DNA of 64,000 nt, taken from NCBI GenBank assembly GCA_015494465.1, contig WGBD01000002.1, forward strand, positions 3,683 to 67,682. Direction: 5' to 3'. The DNA is from Candidatus Omnitrophota bacterium (GTDB taxonomy: Bacteria > Omnitrophota > Gorgyraeia > S143-82). Of the stretch, positions 40,724-50,491 are shown piece by piece; position 1 is the first letter of the stretch; the number at the start of each line of letters is the position of its first letter. A program made the position numbers and the translations under genes. Under the pieces are notes generated by a model. It was not told the DNA's origin. It did not search any database and was given only the letters and a program-made list of their open reading frames with translations.

Positions 40724-41107
40724 TTATAGGTACCTATCTAGTATCAACCCCAAGGCGTTGTGTATCCTCAATAGGGCCTCTATCAACTGCTCCGGTGGAA
40801 CCGTGGTTATCGTCTCGTTGGTCCTAGGGTTTATCACCTCAACATATGCAAGATCCGTGCCACCTACGAAGAGGTGAAACCTAAGATCCTTCTGGAGGCT
40901 CTTCATTATCTCGTTGAGCTGTTTGATGATGTCCTCCATAGCGCTCATTGCATCCTTCTTGAAGGCAGATAAGAGCTCCTTCTCCCGTTCGGATAGCCCT
41001 GATTCCGCAACCGAGAATCCCTTTGTAAATGTCTCTTTGAGGTGTTCGAAGTAGCGCTCCACACCGGGCATGTCAGGATTAAAATTGTTTATCCCGTTGG
41101 TCTCCAT
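40724..41107 (-). CDS. flaG: flagellar protein FlaG
   Basis: 127 aa. ...LRFHLFVGGTDLAYVEVINPRTNETITTVPPEQLIEALLRIHNALGLILD matches the FlaG family C-terminal consensus. It lies between flagellin and fliD, as in Bacillus and Campylobacter-type loci. Confidence 0.75.
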   Translation of the reverse strand: METNGINNFNPDMPGVERYFEHLKETFTKGFSVAESGLSEREKELLSAFKKDAMSAMEDIIKQLNEIMKSLQKDLRFHLFVGGTDLAYVEVINPRTNETITTVPPEQLIEALLRIHNALGLILDRYL

Positions 41108-41201
41108 CTCCGCTCACCCCTTTATTATCCGTTTTTAAAACCTTTCGGTTTTAGGAGAGGGGCTAGCAGGGAACCTTCCCTGCCGCCCCTTTATGTCGTA
41201 C

Positions 41202-42602
41202 TTATCCCAACAACTGCAAGATAGCCTGAGGTGCGACGTTTGCGTGGGCAAGCATCGCAGTACCTGCCTGCATCAGTATCTGGAGCCTGGTGAACTCCAC
41301 CATCTCCTTTGCCATATCCACATCCCGGATACGGCTCTCAGAGGACTGGATGTTCTCACGGGTGACACCCAAGTTGGATATGGTGCTCTCCAAGGTGTTC
41401 TTCTGGAAGGCACCAAGGGTTGCCCTCTGAGTGGAGACGTCGTTTATCGCCTCGTCGATTATCTGCACTGCCATCGCTGCGTTGTTGGTCAGGTCGTAGG
41501 TGCCACCGGACTTGATGGCCAACAGACCCTGAGAACCAGCGGTGCTGGTGCCCAGCTGATTGGCCCTCATGGAGTTGATGGAGATGGTGGCTATCTCGTT
41601 GCTGTCCGCATTGGCACCGAGCACGAACCGGAGCAGACCAGCGGTCACATAGATGTCGTACTGAGGATGCGTACCGGTGGTATTGTAGCCCTCGTTGATG
41701 GTTATGGTCATGTTCTTGAAGGTCCCAGTCGCAGCTATGAGGGTCAGACCGCTACCGGTAGCAGATCCCCCGTGGATGGTACCCGCTATGTCCTGACCGA
41801 CATCAGCAGCTACACCCCCGCTTACCGCAGACCCGGTGACCACCAAAGAGGCCTCGGTACCGTAGGCTACCGTCTTTATAAAGATGTAATCCGTACCGGA
41901 TCCACCAGCGGAAGTCCATGCGATCACCCCACTAACAGTGGCATTTATCGCTGAGACGATCTGTCCAGCACTATAAGAACTGGCAATGTCGACCGTAACA
42001 CCGTTTATGACCAGATCACCGTATCCCCAAGCACTGGTTGCTCCCGTACCCAACGATACCAACGCCTGAGATGCCTTTTGAGTGATCTGATAGGACACAA
42101 ATCCGGTGCTCGCATAGTTACCGATGCTCGCAGCCACAACCCTATTGCTGTTCTTTATCTCCACCGAGTTACCGGCTGCACCGTTGAGGAGGTACTTACC
42201 GGCGTACTTGGTGGTGTTGGCGATCCTGTCGATGGAGTCCACCGCCGAATCCACCTGTGCCTGGTCGGCAGCAATGGCCTCGGCATCGTTAGCACCTTCG
42301 TTGGCTGCGTGAAGTGCCAATGCCCGGATGGAGTTCAACAGGGTGTTCATCTCGGTCAAGGCACCTTCCGCAGTCTGCACCATGGAGATCGCGTCCTCAG
42401 CGTTGCGGATCGCCTGGTCCAGACCGACGATGTTGGCACGCAGTTTCTCGGAAATGACCAGACCTGCCGGATCGTCCCCGGCGCGATTGATACGATAACC
42501 AGAGGAGAGTTTCTCCAGAGACTTGCGTATTGCGCTGTCCGTCTTGGTGAGGTTCCACCACGCGTTGAGCGCTGCGATGTTGTGGTTAATCCTTACTCCC
42601 AT
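41202..42602 (-). CDS. fliC: flagellin
   Basis: 466 aa. Flagellin_N (INHNIAALNAWWNLTKTDSAIRKSLEKLSSGYRINRAGDDPAGL) and Flagellin_C (...LAHANVAPQAILQLLG). The variable central domain is rich in Ser/Thr/Gly, so it is a plausible O-glycosylation target. Confidence 0.95.
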   Translation of the reverse strand: MGVRINHNIAALNAWWNLTKTDSAIRKSLEKLSSGYRINRAGDDPAGLVISEKLRANIVGLDQAIRNAEDAISMVQTAEGALTEMNTLLNSIRALALHAANEGANDAEAIAADQAQVDSAVDSIDRIANTTKYAGKYLLNGAAGNSVEIKNSNRVVAASIGNYASTGFVSYQITQKASQALVSLGTGATSAWGYGDLVINGVTVDIASSYSAGQIVSAINATVSGVIAWTSAGGSGTDYIFIKTVAYGTEASLVVTGSAVSGGVAADVGQDIAGTIHGGSATGSGLTLIAATGTFKNMTITINEGYNTTGTHPQYDIYVTAGLLRFVLGANADSNEIATISINSMRANQLGTSTAGSQGLLAIKSGGTYDLTNNAAMAVQIIDEAINDVSTQRATLGAFQKNTLESTISNLGVTRENIQSSESRIRDVDMAKEMVEFTRLQILMQAGTAMLAHANVAPQAILQLLG

Positions 42603-42756
42603 CTTCTGCCTCCTTGCAGTTTAACCCCACTTTAGCGTCCCTGCTAAAGCCAAGGCTGAATATTTGTATAGCGGTCCAGCCTCCAGACCGCTTGCCTCTT
42701 TGGTGCGCCCCTTTTTACCGACTATCACCCCCCTTCTTCAAAGAACTCTACTATAT

Positions 42757-42783
42757 TTATCGTCGCTGTAGGGAAAAACTTTA
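42757..42783 (-). promoter_or_regulatory. sigma28 (FliA)-type promoter for flagellin
   Basis: Minus strand TAAAGTTT-N11-GACGATAA (consensus TAAAGTTT-N11-GCCGATAA), ~155 nt upstream of the flagellin ATG. Confidence 0.7.
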
Positions 42784-42932
42784 GTTTTTTAGGATCGGCG
42801 AGGGGAAATGGGCACAGGCACCCTTTATCACCCAGCAATACGAGAAGTCACATAAGATCTATCATCCGGATTTAAAGCAAAACATACTGGGAGGCAAGGG
42901 GTTATGTCTTAACGAAAGAGAGCCACGAACGA

Positions 42933-43838
42933 TTACCTCAAACGCCTATAAAGCAGGGAAAGGAACTCAGACTTGTCAATCTCCCAGCGAGGGGCCACTA
43001 ACAAAGAGGGAGGACAATCGCTGACCAGCCTATGGACGACTATCCGGGGATCCAGATGGGGCAGGAGATAGAGAAGGAGGTCCATGTATTCCCGCCAGTC
43101 CATTACCGGCAGTTTTCCTTCACGGTACCATCGCTCAAAAACGGTACCCTTTACCACCTGAAGGTGGTGTATCTTGATCCCGTCCAGTCCCAATCGGTTC
43201 ACCCACTCTATGGTATTCAACATATCCTCCCTCGTCTCACCCGGCAGGCCAAGTATCACATGGGCACAGGTGAGAATCCCATCGAAGCCTTTGGCCCTCT
43301 CTACCGCGTCCCGGAAGGTGGCAAAATCGTGTCCGCGGTTAATCAACCTCAAGGTCCGATCGTTGGCGCTCTGCAGGCCTATCTCCAGCCAGAGCATCAT
43401 GTCCTTTGCGTAGCGGGAAAGCAGGGCCAAGATCTCCTCTCCCAGACAATCCGGACGGGTGGATACGGAAAGGCCCACCACATCCCCGGCAAACTCGTAG
43501 GCCACATCAAACTGCCTCTTCAACTCCTCAATCGGGGCAAAGGTGTTGGTGTAGGTCTGGAAGTAGAGGATGAATTTTCCCCTAAAGCCCCTCTGCCTTG
43601 CCCTTTCTATTCCCAATCGGACCTGTTCCCTGACATCTAGCGAGCGTACCTCATCTAGCAAGGCAAAGGAGGCGTTGTTGCAGTAGAAGCACCCGCCCTT
43701 CCCTGTCCTACCCTCCCGGTGGGGACAGCCGAGAAAGGTGTGGATGGGGAGCTTCTTTACCGGGAATGGGAACCTCTCCCTAAGATAGGCCCTAAAGGTC
43801 CTTATCCTCATGCCTCCCGCAGGAACGACAGTTCCCAC
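42933..43838 (-). CDS. radical SAM protein, TIGR01212/YhcC-like family
   Basis: 301 aa. CPHREGRTGKGGCFYC atypical Cys cluster, FILYFQTYTNT, Elp3-like TIM barrel. Confidence 0.7.
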   Translation of the reverse strand: MGTVVPAGGMRIRTFRAYLRERFPFPVKKLPIHTFLGCPHREGRTGKGGCFYCNNASFALLDEVRSLDVREQVRLGIERARQRGFRGKFILYFQTYTNTFAPIEELKRQFDVAYEFAGDVVGLSVSTRPDCLGEEILALLSRYAKDMMLWLEIGLQSANDRTLRLINRGHDFATFRDAVERAKGFDGILTCAHVILGLPGETREDMLNTIEWVNRLGLDGIKIHHLQVVKGTVFERWYREGKLPVMDWREYMDLLLYLLPHLDPRIVVHRLVSDCPPSLLVAPRWEIDKSEFLSLLYRRLR

Positions 43839-43926
43839 TGCAACCTATCCCTTTCCCCGACAGGTAATAGGAAAGGGCGAACACCACGGCCAACAGGAAC
43901 AGCAACCCAAAGGCCTTGAGCACATC

Positions 43927-44760
43927 CTACCTCCTCCTCGCCACTAATACTCGGGGTCTTTCGTTGAGATCGGGGACCACCTTAACGACCTCAAAACCCC
44001 CCTCCTCCCCAAGGGCCCTGACCTGCTCTGCCCTTTCTTCCGTCCCCGGCAGTTCCATAAAGAGCCACCCCCCGGGCGACAGCAGGACCACCCCTTTTTC
44101 AAACAGCACCCGGTAGAAGAAGTTCCCTCCCTCTCCGGCAAACAGGGCCACCGGAGGCTCCTTCTTGACATCCTCGGGCAAGGTGGGAAATTGGGAAAAG
44201 TCTATGTAAGGCGGATTGCTCACCAATACATCGTAGTGTTCCTGAGAGAGAGGTGCGGATTCTATCTCCAAGAAATCCCCCAACACGAACCTCACCCTCC
44301 CCAGCAACTCCCCCTTCTCGTGCAGGTCGTTGCGGTTCTCCGTAGCCACACTTATGGCCAGAGAGGATATGTCCAGACCGTCTATCTCCCACCTCCTCTC
44401 TCTGGCCAAGGCAAGGGCGATGGCCCCGCATCCCGTGCCCACATCCAGCACCCGAAGACCAGTTTTCCTCTTTATCGTGGACAAAACCGTATCCACCAGC
44501 ACCTCGGTCTCGGGCCGGGGGACGAACACCCCCGGCACCACCTTCAACTTCATACCCATAAACCAGGCGACCCCCAACAGGTACTGCAGGGGATAGCCGG
44601 ACAACCTTCTCTGTTCCAAGGCCAAAAACGAGGAGTAAATAGCAGGGCGTATGTTCGTCTGGTAAAGTTCGCTTCGGGGCAGGCCCAACAACTCCTCGAA
44701 GATGAACTCGACCTCGTGGGCAGGCAGTCGGGATCCCTTTATTATCTGGGCGAGTTTCAT
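43927..44760 (-). CDS. prmC: peptide chain release factor N5-glutamine methyltransferase
   Basis: 277 aa. [15 protein letters not shown] (motif I), VLVSNPPYI (NPPY). Translationally coupled to prfA. Confidence 0.9.
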   Translation of the reverse strand: MKLAQIIKGSRLPAHEVEFIFEELLGLPRSELYQTNIRPAIYSSFLALEQRRLSGYPLQYLLGVAWFMGMKLKVVPGVFVPRPETEVLVDTVLSTIKRKTGLRVLDVGTGCGAIALALARERRWEIDGLDISSLAISVATENRNDLHEKGELLGRVRFVLGDFLEIESAPLSQEHYDVLVSNPPYIDFSQFPTLPEDVKKEPPVALFAGEGGNFFYRVLFEKGVVLLSPGGWLFMELPGTEERAEQVRALGEEGGFEVVKVVPDLNERPRVLVARRR

Positions 44761-45812
44761 GTCTTACTGCGGGCCAGTTCCTTTTCCGCCTTCAAAAGGG
44801 CCTCTATTATCTCGTCCAAATCGCCCTGAAGGACCTCCTCCAGGCGATAGGTGGTAAAGCCTATACGATGATCGGTGACCCGGTGATCTGGGAAGTTGTA
44901 GGTCCGTATCTTCTCGCTCCTGTCCCCACTGCCGATGCTCTTTTTGCGCTGGGACGATAGTTTCTGCTCCTGCTCCCGTTTCTTCATGTCCAACAGGCGG
45001 GCCTTTAACACCCGCAGGGCCTTTTCCTTGTTCTTCAACTGGGATCGCTCGTCCTGACAGGTGACGACTATGCCCGTAGGGATGTGGGTAATCCTCACCG
45101 CTGAATCGGAGGTATTTACGGATTGGCCCCCGGGGCCGCTGGAGCGGAAGACATCTATCCTGAGGTCTTTGGGGTCTATCTGTATCTCTATCTCCTCGGG
45201 TTCGGTCATGACTACCACCGAGGCTGCGGAGGTGTGGATCCGTCCGCCGGTCTCGGTGACCGGCACGCGCTGGACCCTGTGGACCCCGCTCTCGTATCTC
45301 AGGAAGTAGTAGACCCTGTCGCCGGAGATGGAGAAGACTATCTCCTTATACCCTCCTATCTCACTGGGGTGGCTGTCCAAGACCTCCACCTTCCAGCCCT
45401 TCTTCTCCGCGTACTTGGTGTACATACGAAAGAGGTCAGCGGCAAACAGGGTTGCCTCCAGTCCCCCGGTCCCTGCCCTTATCTCCACTATTACATCCTT
45501 GTTGGCATCGGGGATGTCGGAAAGGAGGAGATCCTCGGCCTTCTTCTCCAGTTCCTCCAGTTCCCGCTGTAGATTCTTCTTTTCCTCCTCCACCAGCCCC
45601 TTGACCTCAGGATCTCCCTCCATCTCCTGGAGGTCAGAGAGGGTCTTGGTGAGGTAGGCGTAGCGCTCGTATATCTGGGCCTTCTCTTTGAGGTTGGCCA
45701 TCTCCTTGACCACCCGCTGATAGGCCTGCCTGTCCCCTATCACCCGGGGATCGGAGATCCTCTTCTCCAGTTCCTTGTACTGGGCGTGCCAATCCCTAAA
45801 CTTATCCCACAT
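44757..45812 (-). CDS. prfA: peptide chain release factor 1
   Basis: 351 aa. [26 protein letters not shown] (GGQ motif) and the PxT region. Confidence 0.95.
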   Translation of the reverse strand: MWDKFRDWHAQYKELEKRISDPRVIGDRQAYQRVVKEMANLKEKAQIYERYAYLTKTLSDLQEMEGDPEVKGLVEEEKKNLQRELEELEKKAEDLLLSDIPDANKDVIVEIRAGTGGLEATLFAADLFRMYTKYAEKKGWKVEVLDSHPSEIGGYKEIVFSISGDRVYYFLRYESGVHRVQRVPVTETGGRIHTSAASVVVMTEPEEIEIQIDPKDLRIDVFRSSGPGGQSVNTSDSAVRITHIPTGIVVTCQDERSQLKNKEKALRVLKARLLDMKKREQEQKLSSQRKKSIGSGDRSEKIRTYNFPDHRVTDHRIGFTTYRLEEVLQGDLDEIIEALLKAEKELARSKT

Positions 45813-47076
45813 ATACCTTCCGGATCTCGTCCTCGTAGTCTTGCGCGGGACCTATAACGGCGAGGTTGTACCTATTGGGATTGAACAGGTCCCGAGCAAC
45901 CGCGCGCACATCCTCCAAAGAGACCTCGCTGATTCGCTTCATCACCTCGCGGGGATCCTCGGCTATCCCCTGATTGAGGAGTTTGCCCCCCAAAAGGAGC
46001 ATGTTCTCCATCGTGTCTTCCAGATGGAGTACCACCTGCCCGAGGAGATACTCCTTCCCCCGCCTGAACTCACCCGCGGAAATTTTGCCCCCTGCCATCT
46101 TCTCCAACTCCCGCAGTATGACCTTAAGGGTATCCGGCAGTCTCTTATGTTCTGTGCCCGCCTTTATAAACAGGCCTCCCGTCTCCTTCATCTTGCTCAA
46201 GGAGGAAGAGATGTGGTAGGCAAGACCGCGTTTTTCTCTGACCTCGTTGAATAGCCTACTGGACATATTACCGCCCAGTATTATGTTGAGGACCTCCTGT
46301 GCGTACCGGCGCTCGTCGCTGTAGGAATAGGCTGGCATACACAGACACAGGTGGCTCTGCTCGGTGGGCTTGGCAAGGAGTTTCAACTTGGGACGAGCCT
46401 GCTTCCCAGAGAAGGGGTTGTCCACCACCCGCGCGCCCTTGGGCACGGATTCGAATTCCTCTCGTATCCAATCTATCACCGGACCCTCTATCTTCCCCGC
46501 AAGGGCAACCACTATATTGTTGGGACGATAATACCTCTCTTGAAACTTGGTCATCACTTCGCAGGTGATCCGGCTCACGGTCTCAATCGTCCCCGCCAAC
46601 GGCTGGCCGAGGGGATGGCCCTCCCAGAGGAGTTCCTGGGCCAGTTCCACCACATAGGCCTGAGGCAGGTCCATGTACATCCTTATCTCCTCAAATATCA
46701 CCAGACGCTCCCTCTCCAGTTCGTCTTCAGGAAGGAGCGGGAACAAGACCATATCCGACAACACCCTTATCGCCCTGCGCATGTGCCGTGCGGGTATCTT
46801 CACCAGATAACAGGTGTTCTCCTCAGAGGTGAAGGCGTTGAGGGATCCCCCAACCCCCTCTAACTCCTCCTTTATCCTCCGGCAGGAATACCTGCGCGAT
46901 CCCTTGAATACCATGTGCTCCAGAAAGTGGGAGATGCCTTTGTATCTTACGCTCTCAAACCTCCCCCCCATCTTCACCCATATCCCGACGGAGACGGATT
47001 CCATCTCGGACATGGGATAGAGTACGATACGCAATCCGTTGTTGAGCCTCTCTAAGACAACCCTTCTCTCATCCAC
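45802..47076 (-). CDS. M16-family zinc peptidase (insulinase/pitrilysin-like)
   Basis: 424 aa. [14 protein letters not shown] inverted zincin HxxEH motif. GTG start. Confidence 0.85.
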   Translation of the reverse strand: MDERRVVLERLNNGLRIVLYPMSEMESVSVGIWVKMGGRFESVRYKGISHFLEHMVFKGSRRYSCRRIKEELEGVGGSLNAFTSEENTCYLVKIPARHMRRAIRVLSDMVLFPLLPEDELERERLVIFEEIRMYMDLPQAYVVELAQELLWEGHPLGQPLAGTIETVSRITCEVMTKFQERYYRPNNIVVALAGKIEGPVIDWIREEFESVPKGARVVDNPFSGKQARPKLKLLAKPTEQSHLCLCMPAYSYSDERRYAQEVLNIILGGNMSSRLFNEVREKRGLAYHISSSLSKMKETGGLFIKAGTEHKRLPDTLKVILRELEKMAGGKISAGEFRRGKEYLLGQVVLHLEDTMENMLLLGGKLLNQGIAEDPREVMKRISEVSLEDVRAVARDLFNPNRYNLAVIGPAQDYEDEIRKVYVG

Positions 47077-47804
47077 TCTATCTTCCTCCTCACCCTCTCT
47101 ATGTTCTCCTCGACCGGCAGCGAGGGATCTATCTCCTTTATTAGGGCGCTCCCCACAATCACTCCGTCGGCGACCTTCGTGGCGGAACGGACATGGTCCG
47201 GGCTGGATATCCCAAACCCCAGCATTATCGGCAGGGATACCCCCAAATCCCGCTTGAGTCGGCCTATGTGTCTCAGGGCAAAGCGATTCACCTCCCTGCG
47301 TTCACCGGTCACCCCGGTAACTGAGACATAATAAAGGAAACCGCTTCCCCGCCGAGCTACCTCGACTGCCCGCTCGTCGGGCGTGGTCGGGGTGATGAAC
47401 ATAATGGAATGGATACTCGCCTTGCGGGTTGCGGAGAGGAGTTCCCCAGACTCCTCCAACGGCACATCCGGGACGATCAATCCGCTTATCCCCGCCTCCT
47501 TGGCATCCTCGGCAAACTTCCCTACTCCCCGATGGTATAGGAGGTTGTAGTAGGTCATGTAATAGAGAGGGACCGAGACCCTCTTGCTCAACTGCCGGGT
47601 ACGATCAAAAACCTCTCTCACCCGCAATCCCCGGGAAAGGGCATAGGAGGAGGCGCGCTGTATAACCGGACCGTCGGCGATGGGATCGGTGAACGGGATA
47701 CCTATCTCTATCCCGCTTACCAGATCGGCGATAGCCTCCATTATACGAAAACCATCCTCCAGCGAGGGATAGCCCGCGGTCAGATAGACGATAAAGTCTT
47801 TCAT
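47052..47804 (-). CDS. trpA: tryptophan synthase alpha subunit
   Basis: 250 aa. YLTAGYPSLE, GIPFTDPIADGPVIQ. Confidence 0.9.
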   Translation of the reverse strand: MKDFIVYLTAGYPSLEDGFRIMEAIADLVSGIEIGIPFTDPIADGPVIQRASSYALSRGLRVREVFDRTRQLSKRVSVPLYYMTYYNLLYHRGVGKFAEDAKEAGISGLIVPDVPLEESGELLSATRKASIHSIMFITPTTPDERAVEVARRGSGFLYYVSVTGVTGERREVNRFALRHIGRLKRDLGVSLPIMLGFGISSPDHVRSATKVADGVIVGSALIKEIDPSLPVEENIERVRRKIEWMREGLS

Positions 47805-48409
47805 AACCTTATACAGATGCCCTTTTCAAACCGACTCTGATAACGGTAGACCTGACTGCCGGGAAAGAAGTCAATGGCCTTATCTACATCATCGTTCTCC
47901 ACCGGATGAGGTTCACCGTAGAGATCCCTGTGCACCGCATCCACCAGCTCAAATCCTTCCGGAGAAAAATCTACTATCCCGATTAACCCACCGGGACGAA
48001 TCACCCTCTTTATCTCGTGGAGCATCAGAGATGGCTCCTTTACATGATGCCAGAGATTGAAGAGTAGCACCGATCCCACCGAATTATCCGGCAAGGGTAT
48101 CCGTTCACCGGAACTACGCACGAACTTCACATTGGCCTGACCCAGCATACCCTCCAAGAGAGAGGACGCGAACTCTATCGCATCGGGATCGGGATCGAGG
48201 GATATCACATCCAAGCCCATTTCCGCCAAGGCAAGGGTGAAGTACCCCCTCCCGGTCCCTATCTCCAGCACCGGCTCGGGTATCACCTCCAGGAACCTCA
48301 AAAACGCCCTGCGCTCGCCCATAACATCGTATCCCCAGCGCAGGTAGAGTTCTATCTTGTCCCTGAAGTATTCACAGGCAAGTTCAGGAGAAAATAATCT
48401 CATCCCCAC
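47801..48409 (-). CDS. class I SAM-dependent methyltransferase
   Basis: 202 aa. VLEIGTGRGYFTLALAEMGLDVISLDPD (motif I and II). Confidence 0.75.
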   Translation of the reverse strand: MGMRLFSPELACEYFRDKIELYLRWGYDVMGERRAFLRFLEVIPEPVLEIGTGRGYFTLALAEMGLDVISLDPDPDAIEFASSLLEGMLGQANVKFVRSSGERIPLPDNSVGSVLLFNLWHHVKEPSLMLHEIKRVIRPGGLIGIVDFSPEGFELVDAVHRDLYGEPHPVENDDVDKAIDFFPGSQVYRYQSRFEKGICIRL

Positions 48410-49205
48410 AACTCCTTATCTCACAGACCCCGGAAAACCTCTCCCTGAGCCTGCATATCTCATCCATCCCACTGCAGTGCATCGGGTAGAGCTCCTTTAC
48501 TCCCATCGCGTTAAACCCTTCCCCTATCTCGTCCACCAGATCCACACCCTTCTGGTGGAGGTGAAATCCGCCTATAACCGCCCGCACCGGAAGGTTGAGA
48601 GAGCGTCGCGCGTGTTCAACGATGTTCAACACGCCCCGGTGGGAACATCCGGTTATCACCACCACCTCCCCGTTGACCACCAGAAATACCGCCACCTCGT
48701 CCTTGAACTCGTCTTCGTCCCCGTTCTCCAGGACATACTGCTCCGACAGGGACATGGGATAGCCGTAATCAGGTATCTCCCCGGATACGTATATCCCCTC
48801 GTCCACCTGCCTTAACCTGTAGGCAAAGTCCACCATAAACCTCTCCGCCACCTCGTCCCACGGGGCCTTGCCCACACCTATGTACTGCATAAGACTACCC
48901 TGTTTGCGGTACTTGCCGACCCGGACCATGGGGTGGGCGTAGATCACCGTATCCTTCTTCACCACCTCGGAAACCGTAAGCAGGGCACCGGTGTGATCGT
49001 AATGCCCGTGGGAGAGGACGATGAAGGATATGGACTCCAGATCTACACCCATCTGAGAGGCGTTGGAGAAAAAGACATCCTCGGTCTGGCCGAGGTCGAA
49101 CAGGAAGTTCCTGCGGTCGGTCTTCACGAATAGGCTCAGGCCGTGCTCTGCCTTAAGGCCGGAACGAAACACCTTATTCTCCACCAGAACCTTCAGTACT
49201 ACCAT
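48384..49205 (-). CDS. MBL-fold metallo-hydrolase
   Basis: 273 aa. VLSHGHYDHTGAL (HxHxDH). Confidence 0.75.
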   Translation of the reverse strand: MVVLKVLVENKVFRSGLKAEHGLSLFVKTDRRNFLFDLGQTEDVFFSNASQMGVDLESISFIVLSHGHYDHTGALLTVSEVVKKDTVIYAHPMVRVGKYRKQGSLMQYIGVGKAPWDEVAERFMVDFAYRLRQVDEGIYVSGEIPDYGYPMSLSEQYVLENGDEDEFKDEVAVFLVVNGEVVVITGCSHRGVLNIVEHARRSLNLPVRAVIGGFHLHQKGVDLVDEIGEGFNAMGVKELYPMHCSGMDEICRLRERFSGVCEIRSCGDEIIFS

Positions 49206-49277
49206 AATCCACCACCTTTCAATCCGGACGACCCGTTAGAAAAAGCACAACGACTCCGCAGAAATTTTTATTATACC

Positions 49278-50489
49278 TCAACGGGATAGTTCCAGCCAGA
49301 CCTTGAAGGCCTGCTGGTGCTCTGCCACATCGTGGACCCTGAAGATAGACGCCCCCCGGGAATAGGCAAAGAGATTACCGGCAATCGTGCCCGGCAGGCG
49401 ATAAGGGACCTCGCTTCCGGTAAGATAGCCGATAAAGGACTTGCGGGAGATCCCCACCAGTACCGGGCGAACTGTGGAAAAGAGGCCCACGAACCTGAGG
49501 AGTCTATAATTATCCTCCCAGCGTTTGCCGAACCCTATCCCCGGATCCACCACCAGCTGATCCTCGGATATACCCTCCCTCAAGGCCTCTTCCACCCGTT
49601 TGCGCAGGAATTCGTAGACCCGACCCACCACATCGCCCTTCAAGGGATTTCTCTGCATAGTGGTAGGCCTGCCCTTCATGTGCATGATCACCGCGCCCAG
49701 TCGGTGGCGCTTTATCAGGGCCCTCATCCGTGGAGAGCCCACACCGGTGATGTCGTTTATCACATCCGCCCCTTCCTCTACCGCTGCCTTTGCGACATCC
49801 ACTTTATAGGTGTCCACGGAGAGGATTACATCCTTTGCCTCCTTGCGCAGTCTCTTTAGCACCGGCAGGAGCCGTGCCATCTCCTCTTTCGCAGATACCG
49901 GTCGGGCACCGGGCCGGGAGGACTCTGCTCCCAGATCCAATACCCTAGCACCAGCCTCTACCATCCGCATAGCCTTCTCCACCGCCGAATCTGGATCCAG
50001 AACCCCATCCCCGCTGAAGGAATCTGGGGTAAGGTTCACTATCCCCATAATCACCGGCTCACCCAAGGCCAATTCCTTGTCCCGACAGCGCCAGATCTTC
50101 CTTTCATCCTGCCGGCAGAACTCCACCAACGCCTTCAATCCCGCAAAACCTTGCTCCTCCAGTTTCTTGACCAGTCTGCCCAATTGCTTCTCCGTCACCA
50201 AAAGGAGGGCCTTCTCACACCTGCGGTTCTTCAGTATTGCACCTCTGCTTATCCCCAGATCTCCACCGACCGAGAGGGCCTCCTGCTTGAGTATGTTGGC
50301 CTCGTAACTGGTGAGCCCCTCTATAAACAAGACCCTCAACCCCGCCTTGGGGAGCATCCGGTTCACCCCGACGGGGTCTGCCTTGACCTGATTGGTGAGG
50401 ATGTAATAGATTACCTCCCTATCGGGCTGGATAGGTGTAATCTTCACCCGGCGGGTAAATGTAGTGCAACCGGCCTTCTTATCCACCAT
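49278..50489 (-). CDS. folP: dihydropteroate synthase with ~125-aa N-terminal extension of unknown function
   Basis: 403 aa. The Pterin_bind domain starts near residue 130 (IMGIVNLTPDSFSGDG...). Residues 1-125 have no recognisable HPPK (FolK) or DHNA (FolB) motifs. Confidence 0.85.
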   Translation of the reverse strand: MVDKKAGCTTFTRRVKITPIQPDREVIYYILTNQVKADPVGVNRMLPKAGLRVLFIEGLTSYEANILKQEALSVGGDLGISRGAILKNRRCEKALLLVTEKQLGRLVKKLEEQGFAGLKALVEFCRQDERKIWRCRDKELALGEPVIMGIVNLTPDSFSGDGVLDPDSAVEKAMRMVEAGARVLDLGAESSRPGARPVSAKEEMARLLPVLKRLRKEAKDVILSVDTYKVDVAKAAVEEGADVINDITGVGSPRMRALIKRHRLGAVIMHMKGRPTTMQRNPLKGDVVGRVYEFLRKRVEEALREGISEDQLVVDPGIGFGKRWEDNYRLLRFVGLFSTVRPVLVGISRKSFIGYLTGSEVPYRLPGTIAGNLFAYSRGASIFRVHDVAEHQQAFKVWLELSR

Positions 50490-50491
50490 CT

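Noticed and set aside
45770-45815. Apparent one-base frame inconsistency at the prfA N-terminus when read by hand across the line break near 45780.
   Set aside because: The computed ORF track gives an intact 351-aa RF1 with all motifs. This is most likely my manual transcription slip, not a real frameshift or programmed recoding as in prfB.
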